This document shows positions 9,288 to 17,839 of a DNA stretch of 32,000 nucleotides, one piece after another (the stretch's first letter is position 1; each line of letters begins with the position of its first letter). Location of the stretch: assembly GCF_000023965.1 (NCBI RefSeq), contig NC_013202.1, positions 2,370,001 through 2,402,000 of the forward strand. The letters run 5' to 3'. The notes beneath the pieces are model-generated. The model was not told where the DNA came from, did not search any database, and saw only the letters and a program-made list of their open reading frames with translations. Source of the stretch: Halomicrobium mukohataei DSM 12286 (GTDB taxonomy: Archaea > Halobacteriota > Halobacteria > Halobacteriales > Haloarculaceae). The position numbers and the translations under genes were made by a program.

Positions 9288-10186
9288 ATCTCGACGAACT
9301 CCAGTCAGTCCAGTCCCGCGAGCGCCAGACCGACAGCCTCCAGCAGCTGCGGGAGTCGTTCTACGCCGACGCGGGGGAGTTCATCCAGCAGCTCCGCGAG
9401 GAGCGCGACAGCGTGGCCGATCGGGCCGACGACCCCTTCGACGCCCCGGAAGTCAACCGCCTGACCGACGACATCAACACCGCCGAGTCGACGGTCGAAG
9501 CGATCTACGAGCGCCGCGTCGGCAAGATCGTCAAGATGGCGTCGCTGGCCGCCGCCGACATGCCGGCCGAAGAGGAGGGGCTGACCCGCGAGGAGCGGGA
9601 CCTCTTCGAGACGCTGGTTAGCGCCATCGAGAACAACCGCGATCACGTCTTCGACGTGCTCGCTGGCGACGTGACGCCGGACGCTGTCGAGGACGCGGGA
9701 GCCGACGAGAGCCCCACGGACGAGGTGTCGTCCGAGTCCGACGACGCCAAGCCGGAACCCGAGCCGGAGCCGCCCGCCGACCCCTCGCCGAGCGACGAGC
9801 CGACGACGATCGAAGCGGCCGACCTGATGGGCAGCGACGAGAGCGTCGACCTGCCGCCCGACGCGCCGCCGGACGGTCCGCCAGAGGGGGGTGCCAGCCG
9901 GGACGACCCGCTGGCCGGCGAGCAGTCGCCGGCCTCCGACGGCGGCACGGTACCCTCGCCCCCGTCCGACGACGCGGGGCCGACCTCGCCGGACGCGCCC
10001 GACACCGGCGACGAGCCGGCGACGCCGACGATCGAGCGCGCGACCGTCCGGATCACGGACGATGTCGGCGAGATCTTCGGGATCGACCAGCGCGAGTACG
10101 ACCTCTCGACCGACGATGTGGTCACGCTCCCCGAGCAAAACGCCGCGCCGCTGGTCGATCGGGACGCCGCCGAACGCCTCGACTGA
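9284..10186 (+). CDS. ginS: GINS complex subunit (Gins51-type) with a long acidic/proline-rich internal linker
   Basis: A helical A-domain (LQQLRESFYADAGEFIQQLREE...) is followed by a C-terminal B-domain (VRITDDVGEIFGIDQREYDLSTDDVVTLPEQNAAPLVDRDAA). It is translationally coupled to priS, as is known for archaeal Gins/PriS pairs. Confidence 0.85.
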   Translation: MNLDELQSVQSRERQTDSLQQLRESFYADAGEFIQQLREERDSVADRADDPFDAPEVNRLTDDINTAESTVEAIYERRVGKIVKMASLAAADMPAEEEGLTREERDLFETLVSAIENNRDHVFDVLAGDVTPDAVEDAGADESPTDEVSSESDDAKPEPEPEPPADPSPSDEPTTIEAADLMGSDESVDLPPDAPPDGPPEGGASRDDPLAGEQSPASDGGTVPSPPSDDAGPTSPDAPDTGDEPATPTIERATVRITDDVGEIFGIDQREYDLSTDDVVTLPEQNAAPLVDRDAAERLD

Positions 10187-10264
10187 GACGGAGTATCGTC
10201 GCCGTTTGCCAGGTCGACCGCACGCAGTCGTGCGGTCGATTCGGGAACGATCGACGAGTCCGTA
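10187..10264. repeat. 78-nt palindromic element, subfamily 1 (copy E)
   Basis: The outer arms are ACGGA..CGTCG / CGACG..TCCGT and the inner perfect arms are TCGACCGCACG / CGTGCGGTCGA (loop CAGT). It starts directly after the GINS TGA stop (10184-10186) and ends 3 nt before the htrA-like stop (10268-10270). Confidence 0.85.
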
Positions 10265-10267
10265 CGA

Positions 10268-11329
10268 CTATCTCTCCGGTCGCTCGCCCAGCGTGAGATC
10301 GACCGTCTCTCGGGATCCCTCGCGGAGTACGTCGACGGCGATCGTGTCGCCCGGCGTCGTCTCCAGTGCGAGAAACGAGGAGAGGTGTTGCCGGGAGGGA
10401 GTCGGGGTCTCGTCCATCGCCACGACCACGTCGCCGCCGACGCCGACTCTGACGCCGTTGACGACTTCTTCGCCGTTCGACGGCTCCAGGACGCCCTCGG
10501 CGGGTCCGTCCGTGACGACTTCGTCGATGTAGACGCCCTCGGCCGTCCGGAGGTCGTTTGCCTCGACGATCGGCGGCGTCAGATCGGTCAGCCGGACGCC
10601 GAGGTACGAGTGGTCGTAGGCCCCGGAGTCGATCAGCGACGGGACGACCCTGCGGGTGAGCGCCGCCGAGATGGCGAAGCCGATGTTGTCGCCCCCGCCG
10701 GAGTTGATGACGCCGACGACCGTCCCGTCGAGCGTGACCAGCGGGCCGCCGCTGTTGCCCGGATTGACCGCCGCGTCGGTCTGGACGGCGTCGGGGATCG
10801 AGAAGCCGTTCGCCGCCGGGAGCGTCCGGTCGACGCCGCTGACGATCCCGGCCGAGACCGAGCCCGAGAGCCCGAACGGGTTGCCGATGGCGACCACCTC
10901 CGTCCCGACGCCGGGGTCGGCCTCGACGAAGGACAGCGGCGTGGCACTCGCCGGTTTGTCGGTGACCTCGATGACGGCCAGATCGCTGTAGGCGTCGACG
11001 GCGACGACGGCGGACTCGATCCAGCCCGACTCGCGGTAGCGGACGTAGATCTCGTCGGCGTCACCGACGACGTGTTCGTTGGTCACGAGGTAGTCGTCGC
11101 TGTAGACGAACGCACTCCCCTGACCGCCGCGACTGTTCTCGGTGTACGTACGGACCGTCGCGACGGAGTCGACCACCTGCTCGTAGACGGCGCTGTAGCC
11201 GTCGCTGGCCGATTGCCCCTCGGAGCCGGCGGTCGCGTCCAGCGCGGGGGCCTGACAGCCCGCGACGCTGGCACCGACGGCCGCCGCCATCGAACCCAAC
11301 ACGCCACGACGCGTCTGCTGATCGTCCAT
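10268..11329 (-). CDS. trypsin-like serine protease (HtrA/DegP family, S1C) with PDZ-like C-terminus and Tat/lipobox signal
   Basis: It has a TRRGVLGSMAAAVGASVAGC signal and catalytic motifs (TNEHVV..., D...AVI, GNSGGPLV). A GTTTATTC box lies about 25 nt upstream of the ATG. Confidence 0.85.
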   Translation of the reverse strand: MDDQQTRRGVLGSMAAAVGASVAGCQAPALDATAGSEGQSASDGYSAVYEQVVDSVATVRTYTENSRGGQGSAFVYSDDYLVTNEHVVGDADEIYVRYRESGWIESAVVAVDAYSDLAVIEVTDKPASATPLSFVEADPGVGTEVVAIGNPFGLSGSVSAGIVSGVDRTLPAANGFSIPDAVQTDAAVNPGNSGGPLVTLDGTVVGVINSGGGDNIGFAISAALTRRVVPSLIDSGAYDHSYLGVRLTDLTPPIVEANDLRTAEGVYIDEVVTDGPAEGVLEPSNGEEVVNGVRVGVGGDVVVAMDETPTPSRQHLSSFLALETTPGDTIAVDVLREGSRETVDLTLGERPER

Positions 11330-11485
11330 GGGCGTACTATCGGCGGCGATCGAATAAACCCACGGCCAGACGACGTTTCACTCTCTGGGCGGTGGAGACA
11401 ACGGCCGCGCTGGGACGCCGCGAGTCTCAGACCTGTCGACGAAACGGACACAAGCTTGAGGTAGTGGTTTACCGTATCCGTAGCT

Positions 11486-11740
11486 ATGGCTGGATCTGGC
11501 GGCGAGCTGTCGGACGTTCCACATCCGCCGTTCCTGTTCGCCGGAATCAGGTGCGCACTGGAGATGATGCTCGTCGCGTCGCTGATACTGCTGCTTGGCT
11601 TGCCGGCCCAGAATCCGATCGTGCTCGCGGTCGTGGTGCTGCTCGCGTTCGTCGCGATGGTGGTCGTCCTGTTCTGGTGTCTCAACCAACAGATGGACCG
11701 CTGGATCAAACACGCACGGGGCAAGCCGACAGTTCAGTGA
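11486..11740 (+). CDS. hypothetical small membrane protein
   Basis: The 84-aa product has two long hydrophobic helices, an ATG start and GC3-rich codons. Confidence 0.5.
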   Translation: MAGSGGELSDVPHPPFLFAGIRCALEMMLVASLILLLGLPAQNPIVLAVVVLLAFVAMVVVLFWCLNQQMDRWIKHARGKPTVQ

Positions 11741-11807
11741 CGGGATCGCGCCGGGACCGTCCGACCAGTCACTAACCTTTTGAACGTCTCTCCAGTAGTA
11801 GTCGGCA

Positions 11808-12431
11808 ATGTCGACCAAGCGAGCGCTGGCCCAGCAACTCGGCGTGGTGGCAGGGTTCGACGATCCGCGAGCCCCGCTCGAACAGTATCGGACGCCGCCG
11901 GAGCTTGCGGCCCACCTGATCCACCTCGCCGACCTTCGGGGAGACATCGAAGATCGCACGATCGTCGACCTGGGCTGTGGGACCGGGATGCTGACGCTGG
12001 GCGCGGCGCTGCGTGGCCCCGAGCGAACCGTCGGGCTCGACGTCGATCCGGCACCGCTACAGACCGCTCGGGACAACGAGCGGAAGGTCGCGTCGGCCAC
12101 GTCGGTCTCCTGGGTCCGGGGCGACGCCGAGAACGCGCCGCTGCGACCGGATCGAGACGGGACGACGGTCGTGATGAATCCGCCGTTCGGGGCCCAGTCG
12201 GGCAACGAACACGCCGACCGGGCCTTCCTGGAGACGACGGCCGCGATCGCGGACGTTTCCTACTCGATTCACAACGAGGGCAGCCAGGAGTTCGTCGGCT
12301 CGTTTGCGGCGGACAACGGCGGCACCGTCACCGACTCCTACCAGACGGAGTTCGAGATCCCACACCAGTTCGACCACCACGAGGACGAGTCGCGAGCCGT
12401 CACCGCGGAAGTGTACCGGGTCGAGTGGTAG
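11808..12431 (+). CDS. METTL5/COG2263-like SAM-dependent methyltransferase (predicted RNA methylase)
   Basis: It has LEQYRTPPELAA, the SAM motif VDLGCGTGML, and the catalytic NPPFG. Confidence 0.85.
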   Translation: MSTKRALAQQLGVVAGFDDPRAPLEQYRTPPELAAHLIHLADLRGDIEDRTIVDLGCGTGMLTLGAALRGPERTVGLDVDPAPLQTARDNERKVASATSVSWVRGDAENAPLRPDRDGTTVVMNPPFGAQSGNEHADRAFLETTAAIADVSYSIHNEGSQEFVGSFAADNGGTVTDSYQTEFEIPHQFDHHEDESRAVTAEVYRVEW

Positions 12432-12439
12432 TCGCCGTT

Positions 12440-14122
12440 CTACGCCGCCTCGCGGGTCGCGATCGTAACTCGCGTCCCCTCGTCGCTCGCGAACACCTGC
12501 GAGCCGTTGCGCCGGAAGGTGAGCCCTCCAGCGGTTGTCGTCCGGTTCCGGCCGGGCACCGACGCGGTGGCGAGCGTACGGCCCTCTCTGGACACCGCGA
12601 AGGCGAACCCCCCGTCGGTCGGGACCAGCGTGACGTTCCGGCCGGCGACGACGGGGTCGGCTCGGCGCGGCTCGCTCGTGTAGCCACGCGTCCGCTCGTC
12701 GCCGGCCGGCCTGAGGTACACCTTGTAGACGCTGTCGTTGCCGGCCGGCCGCCAGCCCGTGCGGTTGACGTGGACGTTTCGCCGCCAGCCGACGCCGCCG
12801 ACCTCGACGGTCGCGAAACCGCGGTTCCGGAGCTGGGATTCGAGGACGACCGTCTGCCAGACGTGGCGTCGCTGGCTCGTGACGACGACGCCGCTGGTGT
12901 TGATCGCCGTCGGATCGTCGACGAACGGTAGGGAGACGCTCCGGACGTAGCCGTCGGGCACGTCTTCGCCGTAGCTGACGGTGTAGTCTCGGACTTCGAC
13001 CGTCGGCTGTGGGGCCGGCGAGTCGCCGATCGGCGCGACGTTGTACGGGATCGCCGCGCCGCTCAGTCCGAGCAAGAGGACGAGGACGACGGCCAGCCCC
13101 ACAGTGTGGACCCCTGCCGTCGATTCGGGCAGCCGGCGCTCGACGAGCCAGTCGAGTCGCGACCCGGCCCGCTCGTCGCCGTCCCAGATGCCGAGGATCA
13201 CGACCGCCGCCAGCACGAAGACGACCGCCGCGCCGAGCCACCGAAACAGGACGAATCGGCCGTTTCCTTCCGGGACGTACAGCGCCCACAGCCCCTGGAA
13301 CTCCGCGAACACGAGGAGCCCGAACCACAGCCGCGTCGGGTCCGGCCAGCGGTCCCGGTAGTACAGCAGGCCGAACCCGAGCAAGATGCCAGCGAAGAGC
13401 CCGATGGCGTGGCCCTGGATCGCGATGCTGGCCCACCACGGCGTGATGACGCGCGGACGCGGCACGGCGACGACGCGGGGGGTCTGGACCGCGACGACGA
13501 GGAATCCGAGGACCTGATCGGCCAGCAAGGCCAGCAGTGCCGTCAGCGGGCGCTGGACGAGTGCGAAGCCCGCGATGGCGAAGACGACTCCGGAGAACCC
13601 CACGACCGGTCCCAGTGCGAACAGCGACGTGAACAGCCCGACGACGAGCGCCCCGGCGGGAACGATCAGGATCCGGACGAACGGGTTCGTCAGGGCCGAT
13701 CCGAACGAGTGAGCGCCTCGCTTTCGGGGGTAGTGGCCCCAGGCGTACTCGGCGACGGAGCCGAACGCCGCCGTCGCCACGAGGTTGCCCGTCACGTGCC
13801 CGAGACTGGAGTGTGTGAACGCCGCCGTCACCATGCCCAGCGGGTAGCGATACGACCAGGATCGAAACGGGATCACCAGCGGATCTCTGGGGTCCTCGAT
13901 GCCGCCCTGGACGAACAGGTAGACGAGCGCGACCGCGCCGATTGTGAGCGCGGTGCCCCACGGAACGCCGAGCAACAGACGCCGACGGAGCGCGCCGAGT
14001 CGCCGATCCGTGCGGTCGCTGGCGACGAGCGCGACCCCCAGCGAGACCGCGGCGGCGAGGAGGACGGTCAGCGTCCTGAGGGGCAGCCACGACGGAACCG
14101 CATCCATCGGGCCCGGTAGCAT
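12440..14122 (-). CDS. rhomboid family intramembrane serine protease with a large C-terminal extension
   Basis: It has FTHSSLGHVTGN and the catalytic GFSGVVFA motif, a downstream His-containing helix, at least 7 TM helices, and an extra domain of about 250 aa. Confidence 0.85.
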   Translation of the reverse strand: MLPGPMDAVPSWLPLRTLTVLLAAAVSLGVALVASDRTDRRLGALRRRLLLGVPWGTALTIGAVALVYLFVQGGIEDPRDPLVIPFRSWSYRYPLGMVTAAFTHSSLGHVTGNLVATAAFGSVAEYAWGHYPRKRGAHSFGSALTNPFVRILIVPAGALVVGLFTSLFALGPVVGFSGVVFAIAGFALVQRPLTALLALLADQVLGFLVVAVQTPRVVAVPRPRVITPWWASIAIQGHAIGLFAGILLGFGLLYYRDRWPDPTRLWFGLLVFAEFQGLWALYVPEGNGRFVLFRWLGAAVVFVLAAVVILGIWDGDERAGSRLDWLVERRLPESTAGVHTVGLAVVLVLLLGLSGAAIPYNVAPIGDSPAPQPTVEVRDYTVSYGEDVPDGYVRSVSLPFVDDPTAINTSGVVVTSQRRHVWQTVVLESQLRNRGFATVEVGGVGWRRNVHVNRTGWRPAGNDSVYKVYLRPAGDERTRGYTSEPRRADPVVAGRNVTLVPTDGGFAFAVSREGRTLATASVPGRNRTTTAGGLTFRRNGSQVFASDEGTRVTIATREAA

Positions 14123-14176
14123 GTCCCGATCATGGAACGGCTGTGGCTTATCCTTGGCGGCGACGGGTCGGACTCA

Positions 14177-14256
14177 TACGGACGGTTGTAGGCGTTTACC
14201 CAGTCGACCGCACGACGGTGTGCGGTCGATCTGGTAACGACCTACAACTTTCCGTA
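14177..14256. repeat. 80-nt palindromic element, subfamily 1 (copy D)
   Basis: The outer arms are TACGGACGGTTGTAG / CTACAACTTTCCGTA and the inner arms are GTCGACCGCAC / GTGCGGTCGA plus TTACC / GGTAA. It is flanked by the direct triplets TCA (14174-14176) and TCA (14257-14259). Confidence 0.85.
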
Positions 14257-14284
14257 TCAGAAATCGGGTATCACTCTGTTACCT

Positions 14285-14308
14285 GGTTCGGAACCGAACC
14301 TATATATC
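14285..14308 (+). promoter_or_regulatory. perfect inverted repeat GGTTCGG-AA-CCGAACC abutting a TATATAT box upstream of hxlR
   Basis: The 7-bp arms with a 2-bp spacer occupy 14285-14300. They are followed immediately by TATATATC (14301-14308), which is about 38 nt upstream of the hxlR ATG. Confidence 0.55.
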
Positions 14309-14342
14309 TCGCTGGCGACAACGAGAGGGTAAGAGCCAACAG

Positions 14343-14699
14343 ATGTCATCCACGTTTTCCCCGGAGCCAGACGAGACCTGCCAGGTCGTCGAGTCCTTCG
14401 ACCTGATCGGATCGAAGTGGCGACTGGCGGTGCTGTACGAACTGCTCGACGGCGAACAGCGGTTCAACGAACTCAAGCGAGAGACCGGCACCAGTTCCCG
14501 CACGCTCTCGCGGGTCCTCGACGACCTGCAGGACCGCGCCTTCGTCGACCGTCGCGTCGAGGAGGCTGCACCGGTCGCGACCTACTACACGCTGACCGAG
14601 AAGGGCGAGGCGCTCGCACCGGTGTTCGACGAGATCGGCGACTGGGCCGACGAGTGGCTCGACGACGCCGTCGCGACGCCGGAGATCGAGACGCAGTGA
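14343..14699 (+). CDS. HxlR family winged-helix transcriptional regulator
   Basis: The stretch IGSKWRLAVLYELLDGEQRFNELKRETGTSSRTLSRVLDDLQDRAFVDRR is a typical HxlR/MarR-like wHTH. Confidence 0.9.
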   Translation: MSSTFSPEPDETCQVVESFDLIGSKWRLAVLYELLDGEQRFNELKRETGTSSRTLSRVLDDLQDRAFVDRRVEEAAPVATYYTLTEKGEALAPVFDEIGDWADEWLDDAVATPEIETQ

Positions 14700-14777
14700 C
14701 GCGGATCGTGTAGCGGTTTCCCGATAGTCGTCTCTCCCGTGGCGACGCTCGCCAGCACGCACCTTCGGTAATGCGTA
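14700..14777. repeat. 78-nt diverged palindromic element, subfamily 1 (copy G)
   Basis: It aligns along its length with copy B1 (..GGAT.C.TGTAGC.GTTTCCCG.T...CGTGGCGACG.T.GCC...GCACC...CGTA). It starts directly after the hxlR TGA (14697-14699) and is followed by TGA (14778-14780). The arms are partly decayed. Confidence 0.65.
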
Positions 14778-14837
14778 TGACACGAGTACGGTCCGACAGC
14801 GTAGCTTTTTCCACCTGCAAGTACCACTGTCGACTCG

Positions 14838-15167
14838 ATGGGAGTCCGGCCACCGGCAGACGACGACGGCGACGAACCGGACGCGATCGAGTTCGGTATC
14901 GCCGCGCTCGACGGAACACTGAGCGACGCCGATATCGAGTACCCGACCGACAAACAGACGCTCCGGTCCGAGATCGGGCACCGCGAGGTCCCTTTCGACG
15001 CCACGGGCCACTCGATCACGGTCGCGGAGGCGCTCGAACAGGTACCGAAGACGAGCTTCGAGAACGAGCAGGAACTGCTCAACACCCTCCACCCGGTGTT
15101 CGAGGCCCGACGCGAAGCCACGAGCAACAGTCTCCTCTCGCAGCTTCGGGCGCTGGTCCCCTTCTAG
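14838..15167 (+). CDS. conserved-looking acidic hypothetical protein
   Basis: The 109-aa product has acidic composition and good codon bias. A CTTTTTCC box lies about 30 nt upstream. I cannot name a family with confidence. Confidence 0.6.
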   Translation: MGVRPPADDDGDEPDAIEFGIAALDGTLSDADIEYPTDKQTLRSEIGHREVPFDATGHSITVAEALEQVPKTSFENEQELLNTLHPVFEARREATSNSLLSQLRALVPF

Positions 15168-16198
15168 GGACGACTGGTCGAACTGGCCCGCTCCCCGTCC
15201 GATTCTCCCTCCGCGCTGGGCTCCGTGCCGTCGCCGACGGCGTCGGCCGCGGTCGATTCGTTACCGACCTGGCGCGCGATCTCGCTCAGCCGTCGGGTCT
15301 GCTCGCGATTCAGTGCGACGATCATGTCCGAGAGGACGCCGAACATGAGCAACTGGATGCCAAAGAGCAGCCCCGAGGCGGCGACGAGCGCGATCACCTC
15401 GTGAGAGACGCCGACGACGAACCACTCGTAGGCGACGTAGATCGCCAGCACGACCCCGACGAGTGCGCTCGCCACGCCGACGCTCCCGAAGTAGAACAGC
15501 GGATTGTTGGTCTTTGCCATCCGGTACAGCGTCAGGATGATCACCGCACCGTCGCTGAACGGATCCAGATTCGTCTCCGAGTCGTCGGGTCGGGCCTGGT
15601 AGGTGATCGGCACCACCGTCGTCGAGACCCCCTGTTTGACGCACTCGACGGCCATCTCCGTCTCGATGCCGAACCCGTCTGCGGTCAGGTCGAACTGCCT
15701 GACCGACTCCAGCGTGAACGCCCGGTAGCCAGAGAGGATGTCCGTCAGATCTCGGCCGTGAATGACCGAGAACGCCGTGTTGATGATCCCGTTGCCGACC
15801 TGATTCAATCGGGTCATCGCACCGGCTTCCATATCGGCAAAGCGGTTCCCGACGACGTGCTCTGCGCGTCCGTCGAACAGCGGTTCCAGCAGCCGGTCGG
15901 CCTCGTCGGGCCGGTAGGTGGCGTCGCCGTCGAGCATGAGGACGTAGGGCTGTTCGACGTGGCGATTCAGGGCCTCGCGGACCGCTTGCCCCTTGCCCGA
16001 TCCCCGTCCGGTGCCCGACTGCTCGACGACCCTCGCGCCGGCCTCGGCTGCGAGTTCCCGCGTGCCGTCGTCGGAACCGCCGTCGATCACGAGCACGTGT
16101 TCGAACCCCTGTCCGACGAACGAGGCGACGACATCGCCGATCGTCGCCGCTTCGTTGTACGTCGGGACGAGAACGCACACGTCGTCTCGATCGGCCAT
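15164..16198 (-). CDS. GT2 family glycosyltransferase (dolichyl-phosphate sugar synthase-like) with C-terminal TM helices
   Basis: It has VLVPTYNEAATIGDVV...VIDGGSDDGT...MLDGDATY (the GT-A DxD region) and two C-terminal hydrophobic helices. A TATATATTT box lies about 30 nt upstream. Confidence 0.88.
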   Translation of the reverse strand: MADRDDVCVLVPTYNEAATIGDVVASFVGQGFEHVLVIDGGSDDGTRELAAEAGARVVEQSGTGRGSGKGQAVREALNRHVEQPYVLMLDGDATYRPDEADRLLEPLFDGRAEHVVGNRFADMEAGAMTRLNQVGNGIINTAFSVIHGRDLTDILSGYRAFTLESVRQFDLTADGFGIETEMAVECVKQGVSTTVVPITYQARPDDSETNLDPFSDGAVIILTLYRMAKTNNPLFYFGSVGVASALVGVVLAIYVAYEWFVVGVSHEVIALVAASGLLFGIQLLMFGVLSDMIVALNREQTRRLSEIARQVGNESTAADAVGDGTEPSAEGESDGERASSTSRP

Positions 16199-16241
16199 TG
16201 TTGACCAGTCGACTGCGCGGACTCAAATATATACTGGTGGG

Positions 16242-17792
16242 CTATCCGGCACGGGGCAACTCGATCACGACGGCGGTGCCGCCCCGGTCGCTCTCTTCGA
16301 TCCAGACCGAACCGCCGTAGGAGTCGACCATCACGTCCACGAAGTACAGCCCGAACCCGGTGCCACTCGACCCGTTTCGCCGGGCACCGCGTTCGAACAC
16401 CGACGGTCGCCGCTCGGGCGGGATCCCCGGACCGTCGTCCGCGATTCGGACCCGTATCGTCTCGGCGGCCTCGGTCGCGGTCACCTCGATCGACGGCGAC
16501 GATTCGGTGTGCTCGACGGCGTTGAGCATGACGTTGGCGAACACGTCGTCGAGGAGTTCGTCGCCAGCGACGGTCACGGCCGGCACGTCGATCGACACCG
16601 AGCAGTGCTGGTCCGCGCTCGTCGGACGGCTCGACGCCGCTTCGAGCATCGCTCGCAGATCGACCGGCTCCGGGTCTGTCAGACCGTCTTCGGACAGTGT
16701 CGACAGCACCGAGCGGACCTTCTGGGTCAGCTCGACGATGTCGTCGCTCCACTCCAGGATCGTCTGTGCGTGGTCGTTGAGTTCCCCGTCGAGGTCGGCT
16801 TCGAGTCGCTCGGCCCGCGCCCGAACGACGTTCATCCCGTTGAGAATGTCGTGTCGGAGGATCCCGTTGAAGAAGTCCATCTGTTCTTTCCTGTTTTGCA
16901 GGTCGGTGATGTCGAGCCCCTCCGCGACGATCTCCGAGACGGCTCCGTCGTCGTACACCGGCCGGACCGTGACGGCCGTCTTGATGCGACTGCCGTCGGC
17001 CCCGACGTGTGTGCCCTCGAACTCGACGGTCTCGCCGCTCTCGGCCCGCTCGATCGCGTCGCGGCACTTCGCACGCTGTTCGTCGTCGTGGTTCCACCAG
17101 GGCGTCTCCGGGAAGGGATGGCCACGCACGTCGTCGACGTCGACCCCGGCGAAGGAAAGCGCCGTCTCGTTTGCACGCAGCAACGTTCCGTCCGGTTTGA
17201 GGATCCCGACGAAGACGTTCGGCGAGTCGAACGTCGCTTCGAGGAGTCGCTCGTTGCGGTCCCGCAGCGACGCGATCTGCTCCCGTTCCAGTTCCGACTC
17301 GACCCACCGACGAAGCGTGTCGAGGAGCACTCCCTGCCAGGGATCCAGCGTCGACCTCGGCTCCGACGGATCCCCGAAACAGAGCGTTCCGTAGGTCTCG
17401 CTGTCGACTTCGATCGGGACGCCGACGTACGTCTCCAGACCCCACCTGTCGTAGGCCGGATCGTCCGGTGCGCTCTCACTGACATCGAGAATCGTGTACA
17501 GATCACCGTCGGACAGCGTGTGTCGGCAGTACGTCTCGGAGAGTGGCGACGTGTCGCCGACGGCGTCGGCCGCGTTTTCGCCGGCCGCGACGGCGATCTC
17601 GTACCTGTCGTCGGTGACGGCCGAGAGATATCCGTTCGGGTATCCGAGGTGTTCACACCCGACATTGAGCACGCGCCCGATGCGGTCTTCGACAGTGCCG
17701 TCTCCGTCGGCCATCGCCGACGTGAGGTCCTGTAGCGCTTCGAGGTGACGCGTCGACGCGTCGGCCGTGTCGTCACCGCCCTCGGGGTCCAT
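16242..17792 (-). CDS. sensor histidine kinase with GAF and PAS domains
   Basis: An N-terminal GAF-like region and a PAS region are followed by a HisKA-like H-box (FFNGILRHDILNGMNVV) and HATPase_c motifs (NAVEH, DDGPGIP, GTGFGLY). I preferred the ATG at 17792 (MDPEGG) over the GTG at 17813 used by the ORF track. Confidence 0.88.
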   Translation of the reverse strand: MDPEGGDDTADASTRHLEALQDLTSAMADGDGTVEDRIGRVLNVGCEHLGYPNGYLSAVTDDRYEIAVAAGENAADAVGDTSPLSETYCRHTLSDGDLYTILDVSESAPDDPAYDRWGLETYVGVPIEVDSETYGTLCFGDPSEPRSTLDPWQGVLLDTLRRWVESELEREQIASLRDRNERLLEATFDSPNVFVGILKPDGTLLRANETALSFAGVDVDDVRGHPFPETPWWNHDDEQRAKCRDAIERAESGETVEFEGTHVGADGSRIKTAVTVRPVYDDGAVSEIVAEGLDITDLQNRKEQMDFFNGILRHDILNGMNVVRARAERLEADLDGELNDHAQTILEWSDDIVELTQKVRSVLSTLSEDGLTDPEPVDLRAMLEAASSRPTSADQHCSVSIDVPAVTVAGDELLDDVFANVMLNAVEHTESSPSIEVTATEAAETIRVRIADDGPGIPPERRPSVFERGARRNGSSGTGFGLYFVDVMVDSYGGSVWIEESDRGGTAVVIELPRAG

Positions 17793-17839
17793 GCCAGCTA
17801 GTGGGCACGACACCGCTTCAATCCTCTGGCGGCCGAGCC

